From: an uncultured bacterium
GTDB lineage: Bacteria > Hydrothermota > UBA3073 > NMUJ01 > CBEVQO01
Direction: 5' to 3'
Length of the DNA stretch: 64,000 nt
Assembly: GCA_965552055.1 (NCBI GenBank)
Contig: CBEVQO010000003.1
Location: 96,001-160,000 of the forward strand
The notes beneath the pieces are model-generated. The model did not search any database, was not told where the DNA came from, and was given only the letters and a program-made list of their open reading frames with translations. Positions 39,979 through 48,667 of this stretch are shown in pieces (position 1 is the stretch's first letter; each line of letters begins with the position of its first letter). A program made the position numbers and the translations under genes.

Positions 39979-40758
39979 TCAATAGTGACCGAGGACTCCT
40001 CTTACTCTCGCTATCTTTACAAAATATTTAAAAATATAAAAGCCAGCCAAAAAGTAAAATGTGCCATTTAAAATGAGAAAAATCAAATCCATTTTATTTA
40101 ATTGCCACAATCTTAAATTGTGAATCATAATTTTTGCGATTAATTCGGTACCAAGGGAAAGAGGTAATGCTTTTAAAGCAGGTATTTTATCAACAGGAGC
40201 AGCGATAAGTCCAACAAAAACAAATTGTAGAATTTGAAAGAATGACCTTATCTGCTTGAAAACAAGAGCGAGACCACCTGTCAAAAAGCCAATTCCATAA
40301 ACACTCATTAAAGTAAAAATAAATAAAGGGAGTAAAGAAATAAGGTCAAGATGAAGCCATCTTCCCGTTGTCGCCATCATTATAAATAATACAGGTAATA
40401 TGAAGATAAAAAGCGTGAGAATAAAATCAACTATTATTTTGAATAGAGTAAGCAAATCAAAGCCGAGCGGTGTCATAAAAAGCTGTTCGAGTGTGCCAAT
40501 CTCCGCTTCTCTCATCATTTCCCACGATAATGAAGAATATGCAGAGATCGCAAAAAGCCAGAGAAGGAAGCCAACGACAATGCCATCCAGATGCTCACCA
40601 AAAGAAGGACCTTTTGCAGCAAAATGAGAATAGCCAAAAAATACTATCAGAAATAAAAGGTAAATTGTGATAAAACTCGAAACAAGATTAAATGGATAAC
40701 GCTTCCAGCCAATCCATGATTTCTTTAATACCGCTAAAAATAAGTTAAGAGCCCTCAT
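39979..40758 (-). CDS. ABC-2 type permease
   Basis: About 6 TM segments, EAEIGTLEQLFMTP. Confidence 0.88.
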   Translation of the reverse strand: MRALNLFLAVLKKSWIGWKRYPFNLVSSFITIYLLFLIVFFGYSHFAAKGPSFGEHLDGIVVGFLLWLFAISAYSSLSWEMMREAEIGTLEQLFMTPLGFDLLTLFKIIVDFILTLFIFILPVLFIMMATTGRWLHLDLISLLPLFIFTLMSVYGIGFLTGGLALVFKQIRSFFQILQFVFVGLIAAPVDKIPALKALPLSLGTELIAKIMIHNLRLWQLNKMDLIFLILNGTFYFLAGFYIFKYFVKIARVRGVLGHY

Positions 40759-41695
40759 TTTTAATCAACTTCATAAAAATTTCCTCAAAATCTGGCATCT
40801 TATCTTCGATAGATTTTATTTTTACATTAACATTTCGTAAAATGTCAAGGAAATCATAAATTCTGTGGGCATCACGGAAATCAACATCTATTTCTGTGCC
40901 TCCATCTTTCTCAATTATGTGCGAAATGAACTCTTCTTTAATCCTTTCTTTTATGGATTCGGATAATTTGCCTTCAATCTCAATTTTATATGCAGATACT
41001 TTAAAAATTGATTTAAGATTTTCGATCTTATCATCCGTTATTATTTTTCCGTTATTTATTATGATTACTCTTTCGCAGGTTGTTTCAACGAGTTTCATAT
41101 CGTGTGTGCTTACAAGGATTGTTTTGTTTTCTTCTTTTTTTAATTTTTTGATTAATTCGCGCATTTCGATTGATGCTTCTACATCGAGTCCGAGTGTTGG
41201 TTCATCGAGCAAGATGATTGGTGTTCGCTTTACGAGGCAGCATGCTACTGCGAGTTTTTGTTGCATACCGCGGGATAACTGGCGCGCCTGAGTGTTTGCT
41301 TTTTCATTTAATCCAAAGAAATCTATCAATTTTTCAATATAAGAACGATTTTGAGATGGTGATATGCCTGCAAGACCTGAGAAAAATTCGAGATTTTCTT
41401 TTACAGTCAATCTCCAGTAAATATTGCGGTTGCCTTCGAGCAGAGCGCTTATGTATTTTAATCCATTTTTAACATTTCTTCTCATATCGGTATCATAAAT
41501 ATAAATTTCACCGGAAGTTGGTTCAATTAGTCCGCAGATGCATTTAACCGTGGTGGTTTTGCCTGCACCATTCGGACCGAGTAAGCCAACAATTTCACCT
41601 TCTTTTATTGAGAAACTGATATTATTAACAGCATGTACAGGAGGTCTTCCGGGATAGATTTTTACAAGATTTTTAACTTTAATGACTTCGGTCAT
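40745..41695 (-). CDS. ABC exporter ATP-binding protein
   Basis: GPNGAGKTT, LSRGMQQK, LLDEPTLGLD. Confidence 0.93.
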   Translation of the reverse strand: MTEVIKVKNLVKIYPGRPPVHAVNNISFSIKEGEIVGLLGPNGAGKTTTVKCICGLIEPTSGEIYIYDTDMRRNVKNGLKYISALLEGNRNIYWRLTVKENLEFFSGLAGISPSQNRSYIEKLIDFFGLNEKANTQARQLSRGMQQKLAVACCLVKRTPIILLDEPTLGLDVEASIEMRELIKKLKKEENKTILVSTHDMKLVETTCERVIIINNGKIITDDKIENLKSIFKVSAYKIEIEGKLSESIKERIKEEFISHIIEKDGGTEIDVDFRDAHRIYDFLDILRNVNVKIKSIEDKMPDFEEIFMKLIKNEGS

Positions 41696-41845
41696 TATCC
41701 GCCAAAAACATTATCTCCATCTCCATAGCTTTATATTGTAATTCAACAGAGGTAAATTTCTCCCGTAACTCCGATAACCCGCCTTCCCAGTCGAACTTGA
41801 ATTTCCTTTTTTGATTTTTCCTGCCCTTATAATTTCTTTTAACAT
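41696..41845 (-). pseudogene. Remnant of a DUF2281-type antitoxin, possibly with the first codons of a PIN toxin
   Basis: KFKFDWEGGLSELREKFTSVELQ is out of frame with the promoter-proximal ATG 41845; followed by MFLAD. Confidence 0.55.
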
Positions 41846-41850
41846 ATTTA

Positions 41851-41877
41851 ATTATACTCACTTTCCTGTGGTGTCAA
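41851..41877 (-). promoter_or_regulatory. Promoter TTGACA-N15-TATAAT, ATG 5 nt downstream
   Basis: Read directly. Confidence 0.7.
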
Positions 41878-41936
41878 GTTTTTTCTTTTTTCAGCACTTT
41901 CTTTCAAAATTTTTAACAATTCTATTAGAATTTTTA

Positions 41937-42259
41937 ATGCGAGCGTAAGCGAGCCTATTACATATGGGTAGTTTGTCACACCCCGAACGGTGAAAGCATG
42001 ACCACATTTTGGATGCGTGTTTGAGGCTTTTTGGCTGATAAGGATTAGAAAGCGGAAAGCGGTAAATTGCGTGACTGCGTTTTGGAGCGGATTGAGGGAA
42101 TTTTGAGGAATGAGGTCTATGAGAGGAAGGGGGTTCGGGTTGGGAATTTGGCTTTATTATGGAGAGATGGGTTAAAGTGGCTGTGGTATGGTGCAAGTCT
42201 GTGACCTGCGTAGCGAGGGGTGTGCACATGGGAAGGTGGGGACTGGGAGGAGGGGCTAA
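41937..42259. repeat. Dispersed ~320-bp element, copy 3 (conserved ends, diverged interior); its end overlaps the doc stop
   Basis: GCGAGCGTAAGCGAGCCTATTACATATGGGT...CACCCCGAACGGTGAAAGC and TAGCGAGGGGTGTGCAC...GGTGGGGACTGGGAGGAGGGGCTAA. Confidence 0.85.
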
Positions 42260-42699
42260 TAATATTTTCTAATATGAGAACCAATCCATTTAGAAATATC
42301 TTTTAAATTCTTTTTGCCTTCTGCTACTTCGTTTAACAAATTAAAAATTTCTCCGGATTTCGCAGAAATATAATATCCGTTTTTGCGAAGAAAAATGTCT
42401 GCCAGTTCGTAAGCCATTCTTTTGTTACCATTGAGAAAAGGATGAAATCTTGCTATTCCTTCAAAAATAACCGATGCTTTCTCAGCCAATGTAGGATATA
42501 ATTCTTTGCCTTCAAAAGTTGAAAAGGGTTTTTTCAAAATAGAAATGAGGGCATCCAGATTTAAGATACCTTTATCACCACCTGATGCTTCCATTACCCT
42601 TGAATAAAGCGAAAGCGCTTCTTCTGGAGTTATCCCTAATATTTTGCGAGTAGTTTTAGCAGTTTTATATTTTTCCTTATTGACCTTTCTGCATGCCAT
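42256..42699 (-). CDS. doc: Death-on-curing (Fic/Doc) family toxin
   Basis: LYPTLAEKAS...HPFLNGNKRMA; start uncertain. Confidence 0.88.
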   Translation of the reverse strand: MACRKVNKEKYKTAKTTRKILGITPEEALSLYSRVMEASGGDKGILNLDALISILKKPFSTFEGKELYPTLAEKASVIFEGIARFHPFLNGNKRMAYELADIFLRKNGYYISAKSGEIFNLLNEVAEGKKNLKDISKWIGSHIRKYY

Positions 42700-42851
42700 A
42701 TCGTTTCTATATCTATGTTTTTCTTCTTCAATAATCTTTTAGCATATTTCAATAATTTTTCTGCGGTCTCATCGTCAATCCATTTTGTCAATATTTTGAG
42801 CTTTTCCTTATTGCTCCAATCTTTCATCTTTTCACCGATATCTTTTGCCAT
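42636..42851 (-). CDS. Putative antitoxin
   Basis: Small basic ORF overlapping doc upstream. Confidence 0.55.
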   Translation of the reverse strand: MAKDIGEKMKDWSNKEKLKILTKWIDDETAEKLLKYAKRLLKKKNIDIETIWHAERSIRKNIKLLKLLAKY

Positions 42852-43009
42852 ACATTTACGCCGAGATAAACACCTATGAGTGAGATTACATAGGGAGTTA
42901 TGAAGCGTGCAAATTCAAAGTCACCCTGCGAATAACTCATAACAATTGTAAAAAGCCATACCACGCCCACAAATAATGTAAGATAAAATTTGCGACTACG
43001 CCATTTCAT
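42824..43009 (-). CDS. Small two-TM membrane protein
   Basis: GGAGGGG SD, WRSRKFYL followed by two TM helices. Confidence 0.6.
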   Translation of the reverse strand: MKWRSRKFYLTLFVGVVWLFTIVMSYSQGDFEFARFITPYVISLIGVYLGVNVWQKISVKR

Positions 43010-43024
43010 ATCCCCTCCTTCTTA

Positions 43025-43597
43025 TCATTCGGATAATTTTCTTAAAAATCTTATAACAGTTATATCATCCCAGCGAGCAGCTCCTGTATGCTTGAATACG
43101 ATATTTCCCGATTTATCAATTATGAATGTAGATGGGATAGCGGAGTGTGAAAAGCATTGTGGCTCTTCTTTTGCAAAATAAACAGGCAAAGAATATCCTT
43201 TGCGTTTGAAGAGTATTTCTACATATTTCTTATCTTCATTTGTTACGAGCACGAAATTAACATCGTTGTGAAGTGAGTCCATCAAATTTTTGATGGTTGG
43301 CAGTTCGATCAAACATGGTCTACACCATGTAGCCCAGAAGTTCAGGAATATAGGTTTTCCTTTAAATTTCTCAAATTTTATTTCCTCTCCGTTTATGTTG
43401 CGGATTTTCCATTCGAAATTTATTTTACCGAGCGACGAAATTTTCTCTGGCAAAGCAGGAGGTTTTAGATTTTTTTCAAGCTCCTTGTATGCTTTTACGG
43501 TCAGGATATAAACGAGCAGAAACAATCCCAGAAGTGTAGCACCAATTCCGCTGAAAAATCCGATGAAAAAAGATTTTTTGTCGAAATTTTTCATCAA
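43025..43597 (-). CDS. TlpA-like thiol-disulfide oxidoreductase
   Basis: N-terminal TM, NFWATWCRPC, IPSTFIID. Confidence 0.92.
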   Translation of the reverse strand: MMKNFDKKSFFIGFFSGIGATLLGLFLLVYILTVKAYKELEKNLKPPALPEKISSLGKINFEWKIRNINGEEIKFEKFKGKPIFLNFWATWCRPCLIELPTIKNLMDSLHNDVNFVLVTNEDKKYVEILFKRKGYSLPVYFAKEEPQCFSHSAIPSTFIIDKSGNIVFKHTGAARWDDITVIRFLRKLSE

Positions 43598-44211
43598 TAC
43601 GCTCCCTTACCTGTTATCATTGCAATAGGTGTTTTAAGCAATATTTCGATATCAAAGAAAATAGATTTATTTCTGACATAGAAAAGGTCATAATCTATCC
43701 TTTGTGGATAGGGGATTTCTGCTCTACCGCTTACCTGCCAGTATCCGGTTATGCCTGGTTTCACAGAGAGAACTTCTTTTTGCCATCTCCCATATTTGTG
43801 TATTTCCTGAACAACAACGGGACGCGGACCAACGATACTCATATCCCCCTTTAATACATTTAAAAACTGTGGTAATTCATCTAAACTGAGTTTTCTCAAA
43901 AACCTTCCTATTTTTGTAACTCTCGGGTCATTTTTTAATTTTCCATTTCTACTATATTCACGCCACAGGTGTTCATTTTCTTCAAGAATTCTTTCTGCAT
44001 TGTTCACCATTGTCCTGAATTTATAAAGATAAAATAATCTGCCATGCAAGCCAACCCTTAAAGATTTGTAGAAAACAGGCCCTTTTGATGTTAACTTTAT
44101 TAAAAGCATGATAAAAAGGAAAAGGGGAGAGGCAAAGATTAAAAGAGAAACGCTTAAAGAGATATCCATTATTCTCTTTATTATAAGATAAATTCTATCT
44201 TTTCTTTTCAC
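43594..44211 (-). CDS. Priming phosphoglycosyl (sugar) transferase
   Basis: KRIMDI, YKFRTM, DPRVTKIGRFLRKLSLDELPQ, VGPRP. Confidence 0.95.
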   Translation of the reverse strand: MKRKDRIYLIIKRIMDISLSVSLLIFASPLFLFIMLLIKLTSKGPVFYKSLRVGLHGRLFYLYKFRTMVNNAERILEENEHLWREYSRNGKLKNDPRVTKIGRFLRKLSLDELPQFLNVLKGDMSIVGPRPVVVQEIHKYGRWQKEVLSVKPGITGYWQVSGRAEIPYPQRIDYDLFYVRNKSIFFDIEILLKTPIAMITGKGAY

Positions 44212-45172
44212 TCACAAAGAGGAGCCTCAATCCCCCCCTTGTTAGTCCCGCAAAGTGTGCACACCACCTGCAGAACAGCATAACAGGTGCGACCAGTGCT
44301 GTCCGGAAATCCTTCACTATTAATTTTAATAAAAATGGGACCTCTGTCAAGTAAAAAATTGCCAAAATTATAAGGGGCAAAAACCACAATTTTTTAACAA
44401 AAAATGCCACCACAATTGAGAGTAAAAAAATGGGGAAGAGTAGAACCTGAAATTTCAATCTAAATGGAGTGTATGAATCTCTGGGAAGTTTATCAGGATG
44501 CTCTTTTATGATTAATGCTTTCCAGTATGCTACTTTAAATTTCCTTTTAAAATATTTTAAAATGCTTTCCGGATGAAGATGATAAACGATTGCTTTTGGA
44601 TTGAATCCTATTTTGCAACCCATCTTTGAAAGTTTAAAAGATAAATCCTGGTCTTCGCATGAAGGTTCCCTGTATCTTTCATCAAATCCTCCTGCCATAT
44701 CGAAATGTTTCTTTTTTATTGCCACAGCACAGCTATCAAAATAATCTATTTCTTTTTCCTTTTTTAGTTTGTCATATCTATCTTCATACTCATACTGTAT
44801 AAATCTTGCCACTGCTGATTTTTGTTTTGTCTTGTAAGCTCCTTTGACAGCATCGTAATGTCCTATTTCTTTTGTTATTTCTTTTATGAAATCAGGAGCT
44901 GGTTCGCAATCGGCATCCACGAATACGAGCACATCAGCATCTGTAGCCATTGCACCACGATTTCTGGCAAACGATGGACCCATCCTTCTGTCATTCCTGA
45001 TGAGCTTTACTCCATTAAACTCTTTTACAACATTTGATGTTCCATCGGTAGAACCATCATCAACCACTATTATTTCGTAATCTCCATCAAATTCTTGATT
45101 TTTGAGAGCTTTTAAGCATCTACCTATTATTTTTTCTCCATTATAAACGGGTATTATTACTGCTATTTTCAA
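44195..45172 (-). CDS. GT2 glycosyltransferase with C-terminal TM segments
   Basis: VIIPVYN, VVDDGSTD, ARNRG, FVDAD, ED. Confidence 0.92.
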   Translation of the reverse strand: MKIAVIIPVYNGEKIIGRCLKALKNQEFDGDYEIIVVDDGSTDGTSNVVKEFNGVKLIRNDRRMGPSFARNRGAMATDADVLVFVDADCEPAPDFIKEITKEIGHYDAVKGAYKTKQKSAVARFIQYEYEDRYDKLKKEKEIDYFDSCAVAIKKKHFDMAGGFDERYREPSCEDQDLSFKLSKMGCKIGFNPKAIVYHLHPESILKYFKRKFKVAYWKALIIKEHPDKLPRDSYTPFRLKFQVLLFPIFLLSIVVAFFVKKLWFLPLIILAIFYLTEVPFLLKLIVKDFRTALVAPVMLFCRWCAHFAGLTRGGLRLLFVSEKKR

Positions 45173-46613
45173 ATGTCCCCCTTATCAAATATTTTATGAA
45201 TGTAGGAATTGACCTTAAAATCCTTTGACTTTCAACCGGGTGTAAAAATAATCTCCATAATCTGTAAAGAAGATACTTCGGACGAGTATAAAACTCAAAT
45301 CTTGCTCTATCGCAAAGAGCAACCTGTTCTTTTGAGGATAATTCAGGATAAGAGACAACACTGTTGTGTAAGCCATCTTTTGTTATCCATTGAGAAAAGT
45401 CCTCTGTTTCTAAAAAGCCCTTTTCTTTCACCCATTCATACATCGGAGTACCCGGATATACCATTATCGGGAAAAATTGAGCGGTATCTGGATTTAAAAT
45501 TTTGGCAAATTCTATTGTTTTCTTTGCTTTTTCCTTTGTCTCACCCGGAAAACCTATCATAAAGCATCCGTGTATTAAAATTCCGGCTTTCCTTGCATCT
45601 CTCATAAATTTATAAGCTCGGGATACTTTGAGACCCCTTTTTGCTATCTCCATAACTTCATCATCACCGGTCTCAAATCCGACACAAAGCAATCTACATC
45701 CTGCTTTTTTCAAAATCTTTAATGTTTCATAATCAAGGTCAAAGCGTGCATTTGCCGTGAATGGCAATTTTATTTTCCTTCTGATTTTTTCCTCACAAAA
45801 TTTGAATATCCTTTCTTTATTTACCGTGAAAGTATCGTCTTCTATGAAAATTTCTCTTACAAAAGGTAAATTTTTTTCGACCCATTCGAATTCATCAAGG
45901 ACATTTTCGACACTCCTTACTCTGTAGCGTTTTCCAAACATCACATTTGGATAAAGGCAATAAGGACAGCCAAAAGGACACCCCCTTCCCGTTATTATCG
46001 CAACCTGTGGATACTGACAGTTTGTATAAAAATAATTTCTTATGTTTAAATGGCGGGAATAAACCTGCGATACAAAAGGTAAATCATCTAAATTCTCAAT
46101 AAAAGGTCTATCCTCTGTTGATTTTATAACACCATTTTCCCTGTAAGTTATTCCTTTTACTTTTGATAAATTTCCTTTATTCTCAAAAGTTTTTACAACA
46201 TCGAGTAAAGTGTAATCATATTCTTTTCTGCAAATTATATCGATATCTTGTGATAGTTTAAGAGTTTCTTCTGGCAAAGCGCTAACATGTGGACCCACGA
46301 GTATTGTCAAGGCACCTGTTTCTTTTTTCAATTCGGATGCAACTTTTACATCGTTATAAATACTGGGTGTTGAGGTATCACAAACGATTACATCTGGCTT
46401 ATATTTTTTTACGAAGTTTTTAACATCTTCGAGTGTTTTTCCTTCGGCTGGTGCATCGTATAATTTTACGCTATAACCTTCTTTTTCAAGCACTCCCGTT
46501 GCATATGCAAGCCATATCGGGTAATAAATTGTGCCACTCTTTGTTACTGCAGGACTCCTTTGACTTCGGGAAAATTTAAAATGAAAAGGAGGATTTAACA
46601 TCAGGATTTTCAT
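45141..46613 (-). CDS. B12-binding radical SAM protein (HpnJ-like)
   Basis: GRGCPFGCPYC, YYPIWLAYA, EDDTF, HGCFMIGFPGET. Confidence 0.88.
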   Translation of the reverse strand: MKILMLNPPFHFKFSRSQRSPAVTKSGTIYYPIWLAYATGVLEKEGYSVKLYDAPAEGKTLEDVKNFVKKYKPDVIVCDTSTPSIYNDVKVASELKKETGALTILVGPHVSALPEETLKLSQDIDIICRKEYDYTLLDVVKTFENKGNLSKVKGITYRENGVIKSTEDRPFIENLDDLPFVSQVYSRHLNIRNYFYTNCQYPQVAIITGRGCPFGCPYCLYPNVMFGKRYRVRSVENVLDEFEWVEKNLPFVREIFIEDDTFTVNKERIFKFCEEKIRRKIKLPFTANARFDLDYETLKILKKAGCRLLCVGFETGDDEVMEIAKRGLKVSRAYKFMRDARKAGILIHGCFMIGFPGETKEKAKKTIEFAKILNPDTAQFFPIMVYPGTPMYEWVKEKGFLETEDFSQWITKDGLHNSVVSYPELSSKEQVALCDRARFEFYTRPKYLLYRLWRLFLHPVESQRILRSIPTFIKYLIRGTFENSSNNTRL

Positions 46614-46619
46614 CTTTTC

Positions 46620-46646
46620 ATTTTAATCAAATAATTTCTCTGTCAA
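46620..46646 (-). promoter_or_regulatory. Promoter TTGACA-N15-TAAAAT, ATG 6 nt downstream
   Basis: Read directly. Confidence 0.7.
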
Positions 46647-46655
46647 GAAGTAAAA

Positions 46656-47186
46656 TCATACTTTGAAGTCAATGATAAATCCATGTCTTATAAATTTTTG
46701 TTCTTCTTTTATATTGAGTGCCTTTTTTATTTCATCGAATTCCGCGGGTTTATGTCCTATAAAGAAACAAAAAGAAAAGTCTTTCGATTTGATGAAAAAT
46801 GCTTCACATTCTTCTTTTGTCAGTTTGTAAATGTTAACTCCTTCGAATTCAAATTTCTGCAATTCAATGCCTCTGATTTTTTCCGTGCCGACTCTGGATT
46901 TTAGTTTTTTGACTTCCTCCAAGAAAATTAATTTTACAGGGAAATCCCTGCCTTCGACCTGACAGATTATCTCTTTTTCTTCTTCAATTTCTTTATTTAT
47001 CTGTGCAATATAATAGTTTCCTTTTATCAATACGAGAGCAAGATTATCAAATGATTTTAAGATTTTGACTTTTACTTTTTCTCCGGGTATTAAGTTGAAC
47101 CTATTATCCCCAATGCTATTGAATTCAATTTTATTTCGTCGGTATCTGCTCTTGATAGCATTATACAGGGCTTTTTTGCTCCACAA
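46656..47186 (-). CDS. Hypothetical protein (start uncertain, overlaps ptb)
   Basis: ORF fills the gap and has host-like composition. Confidence 0.5.
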   Translation of the reverse strand: MWSKKALYNAIKSRYRRNKIEFNSIGDNRFNLIPGEKVKVKILKSFDNLALVLIKGNYYIAQINKEIEEEKEIICQVEGRDFPVKLIFLEEVKKLKSRVGTEKIRGIELQKFEFEGVNIYKLTKEECEAFFIKSKDFSFCFFIGHKPAEFDEIKKALNIKEEQKFIRHGFIIDFKV

Positions 47187-47920
47187 ATAACTCCACCTAT
47201 TTTCGCACCACCGAGATACAGAAGGGCTTTTGCAGAAATATTGCCTGCAGAAATTTCAGGTACTATCAAAATATCTGCGTCACCTGCTACTTCTCCTTTT
47301 ACTCCTTTTATTTCGCATGCACGCCGAGATACCGCAAGGTCAAGAGCAAGTGGTCCCTGAATGTAGCAATCTTTAAATTCTCCTTTTCTCCACATTTCTT
47401 CCAATTCTTTCGCTTCCAGGGTCTCCGGAATTTTATCCGTTACTTTTTCTACAGCTGCCAGGAGCGCAACTTTTGGACGCTCAATTCCGAATTTCCGGGC
47501 GAACTCTACTGCATTTATTATAATATCTTTTTTGAGATTTATATCGGGTTTTGGCACCATTCCACCATCGGATATGAAAAGCAGTTTGTGATAATAAGGG
47601 GTTTCAAGCACTGCCACATGGCTTAATGTTCTCCCTGTCCTGAATCCTGCTTCTTTATCAAGAATGCCACGCAGAAATGTTGCGGTATCTACAAGACCTT
47701 TCATCAAAATTGCATCTTTTTCTTCTGCTACAATTTTTACTGCTTTTTTAACGGCTTCTTCAGGAGAAGTTCCTTCTATAGCTTCGAAATCTTCAATGAT
47801 TTTCATTTCTTTTGCCTTTTTACATGCTTCGACACTAATGGGGTCTGCAGCGGCTATTATAACCTTTTTGCCACCAAGTTCTTTTGCTTTTTCGATTATT
47901 TCTTTAAAGGATTTAAGCAT
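47090..47920 (-). CDS. ptb: Phosphate butyryl/acetyltransferase
   Basis: ILMKGLVDTA, LSHVA, PKVALLAAVE, GPLALDLAVS, GDADILIVP, SRAD; start MLKSF just after the tRNA. Confidence 0.88.
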   Translation of the reverse strand: MLKSFKEIIEKAKELGGKKVIIAAADPISVEACKKAKEMKIIEDFEAIEGTSPEEAVKKAVKIVAEEKDAILMKGLVDTATFLRGILDKEAGFRTGRTLSHVAVLETPYYHKLLFISDGGMVPKPDINLKKDIIINAVEFARKFGIERPKVALLAAVEKVTDKIPETLEAKELEEMWRKGEFKDCYIQGPLALDLAVSRRACEIKGVKGEVAGDADILIVPEISAGNISAKALLYLGGAKIGGVICGAKKPCIMLSRADTDEIKLNSIALGIIGST

Positions 47921-47928
47921 AAAATTAA

Positions 47929-48000
<72 letters not shown>

Positions 48001-48007
48001 TCTTATC

Positions 48008-48034
48008 ATTATATTCAAAATTCCAATTTGTCAA
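48008..48034 (-). promoter_or_regulatory. tRNA promoter TTGACA-N15-TATAAT
   Basis: 7 nt upstream of the tRNA 5' end. Confidence 0.75.
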
Positions 48035-48043
48035 GCTGAAAAT

Positions 48044-48667
48044 CTATACTTTAAGGATAAGTAAATAATGATTTTGATTGTATAATTTTATTTTCTTATA
48101 AATTCTTACGAAAAAGAACTTTTTTAAAGCTTTTGCTACTTTATACTTTTCAGAAGGTACTAACACCCAGCCCTGTGCGATTTCTCCTTTATCTTTTACG
48201 CTCTTACCCCATAATTTTATTAGATTCAAAAAAATATCCCTCCCCCGATATTGTGGCAAAATGGCTAATCCAAATTCCCTAAAATCACAAAAAGGAACAC
48301 CTCTCGTTATCATATGGAATTTTAAAAAGTTGCAGCATAAGATAAGGAAGAAAAAGGGTTTATTAAAAGCCTGTTCAAAAAAATGTATAAGAATTTTGAT
48401 AAAATTTTTTAGAATACTTTTTACTGCTCGAAGTAGAAATGATTTATTCGTTTTAGAGGTTATCAGGAATCCTACAATTTTTTCACTAACTTCGGCTACG
48501 ATTGAATATTCACCTTGGAGTTCCAATATCCTTTCTAAGAAAAACAAGAATAAATTTTTTCCTAACAATTTATAAACAGGCGTCGGTAATTCATTTTCGT
48601 AAATTTTCAGTATTTCTTTCGAGTCTCTTAATTCTGCCCTTCTATAAGTTATCTCTTTTTCCACCAT
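48044..48667 (-). CDS. GNAT-fold protein
   Basis: ITYRRAELRD, IVGFL, LAILPQYRGRDI. Confidence 0.7.
   Translation of the reverse strand: MVEKEITYRRAELRDSKEILKIYENELPTPVYKLLGKNLFLFFLERILELQGEYSIVAEVSEKIVGFLITSKTNKSFLLRAVKSILKNFIKILIHFFEQAFNKPFFFLILCCNFLKFHMITRGVPFCDFREFGLAILPQYRGRDIFLNLIKLWGKSVKDKGEIAQGWVLVPSEKYKVAKALKKFFFVRIYKKIKLYNQNHYLLILKV

Noticed and set aside
41891..42229. 112-aa ORF as the element's transposase
   Set aside because: Low-complexity P/S/H composition, no transposase motif, and the interior is not shared with the other copies
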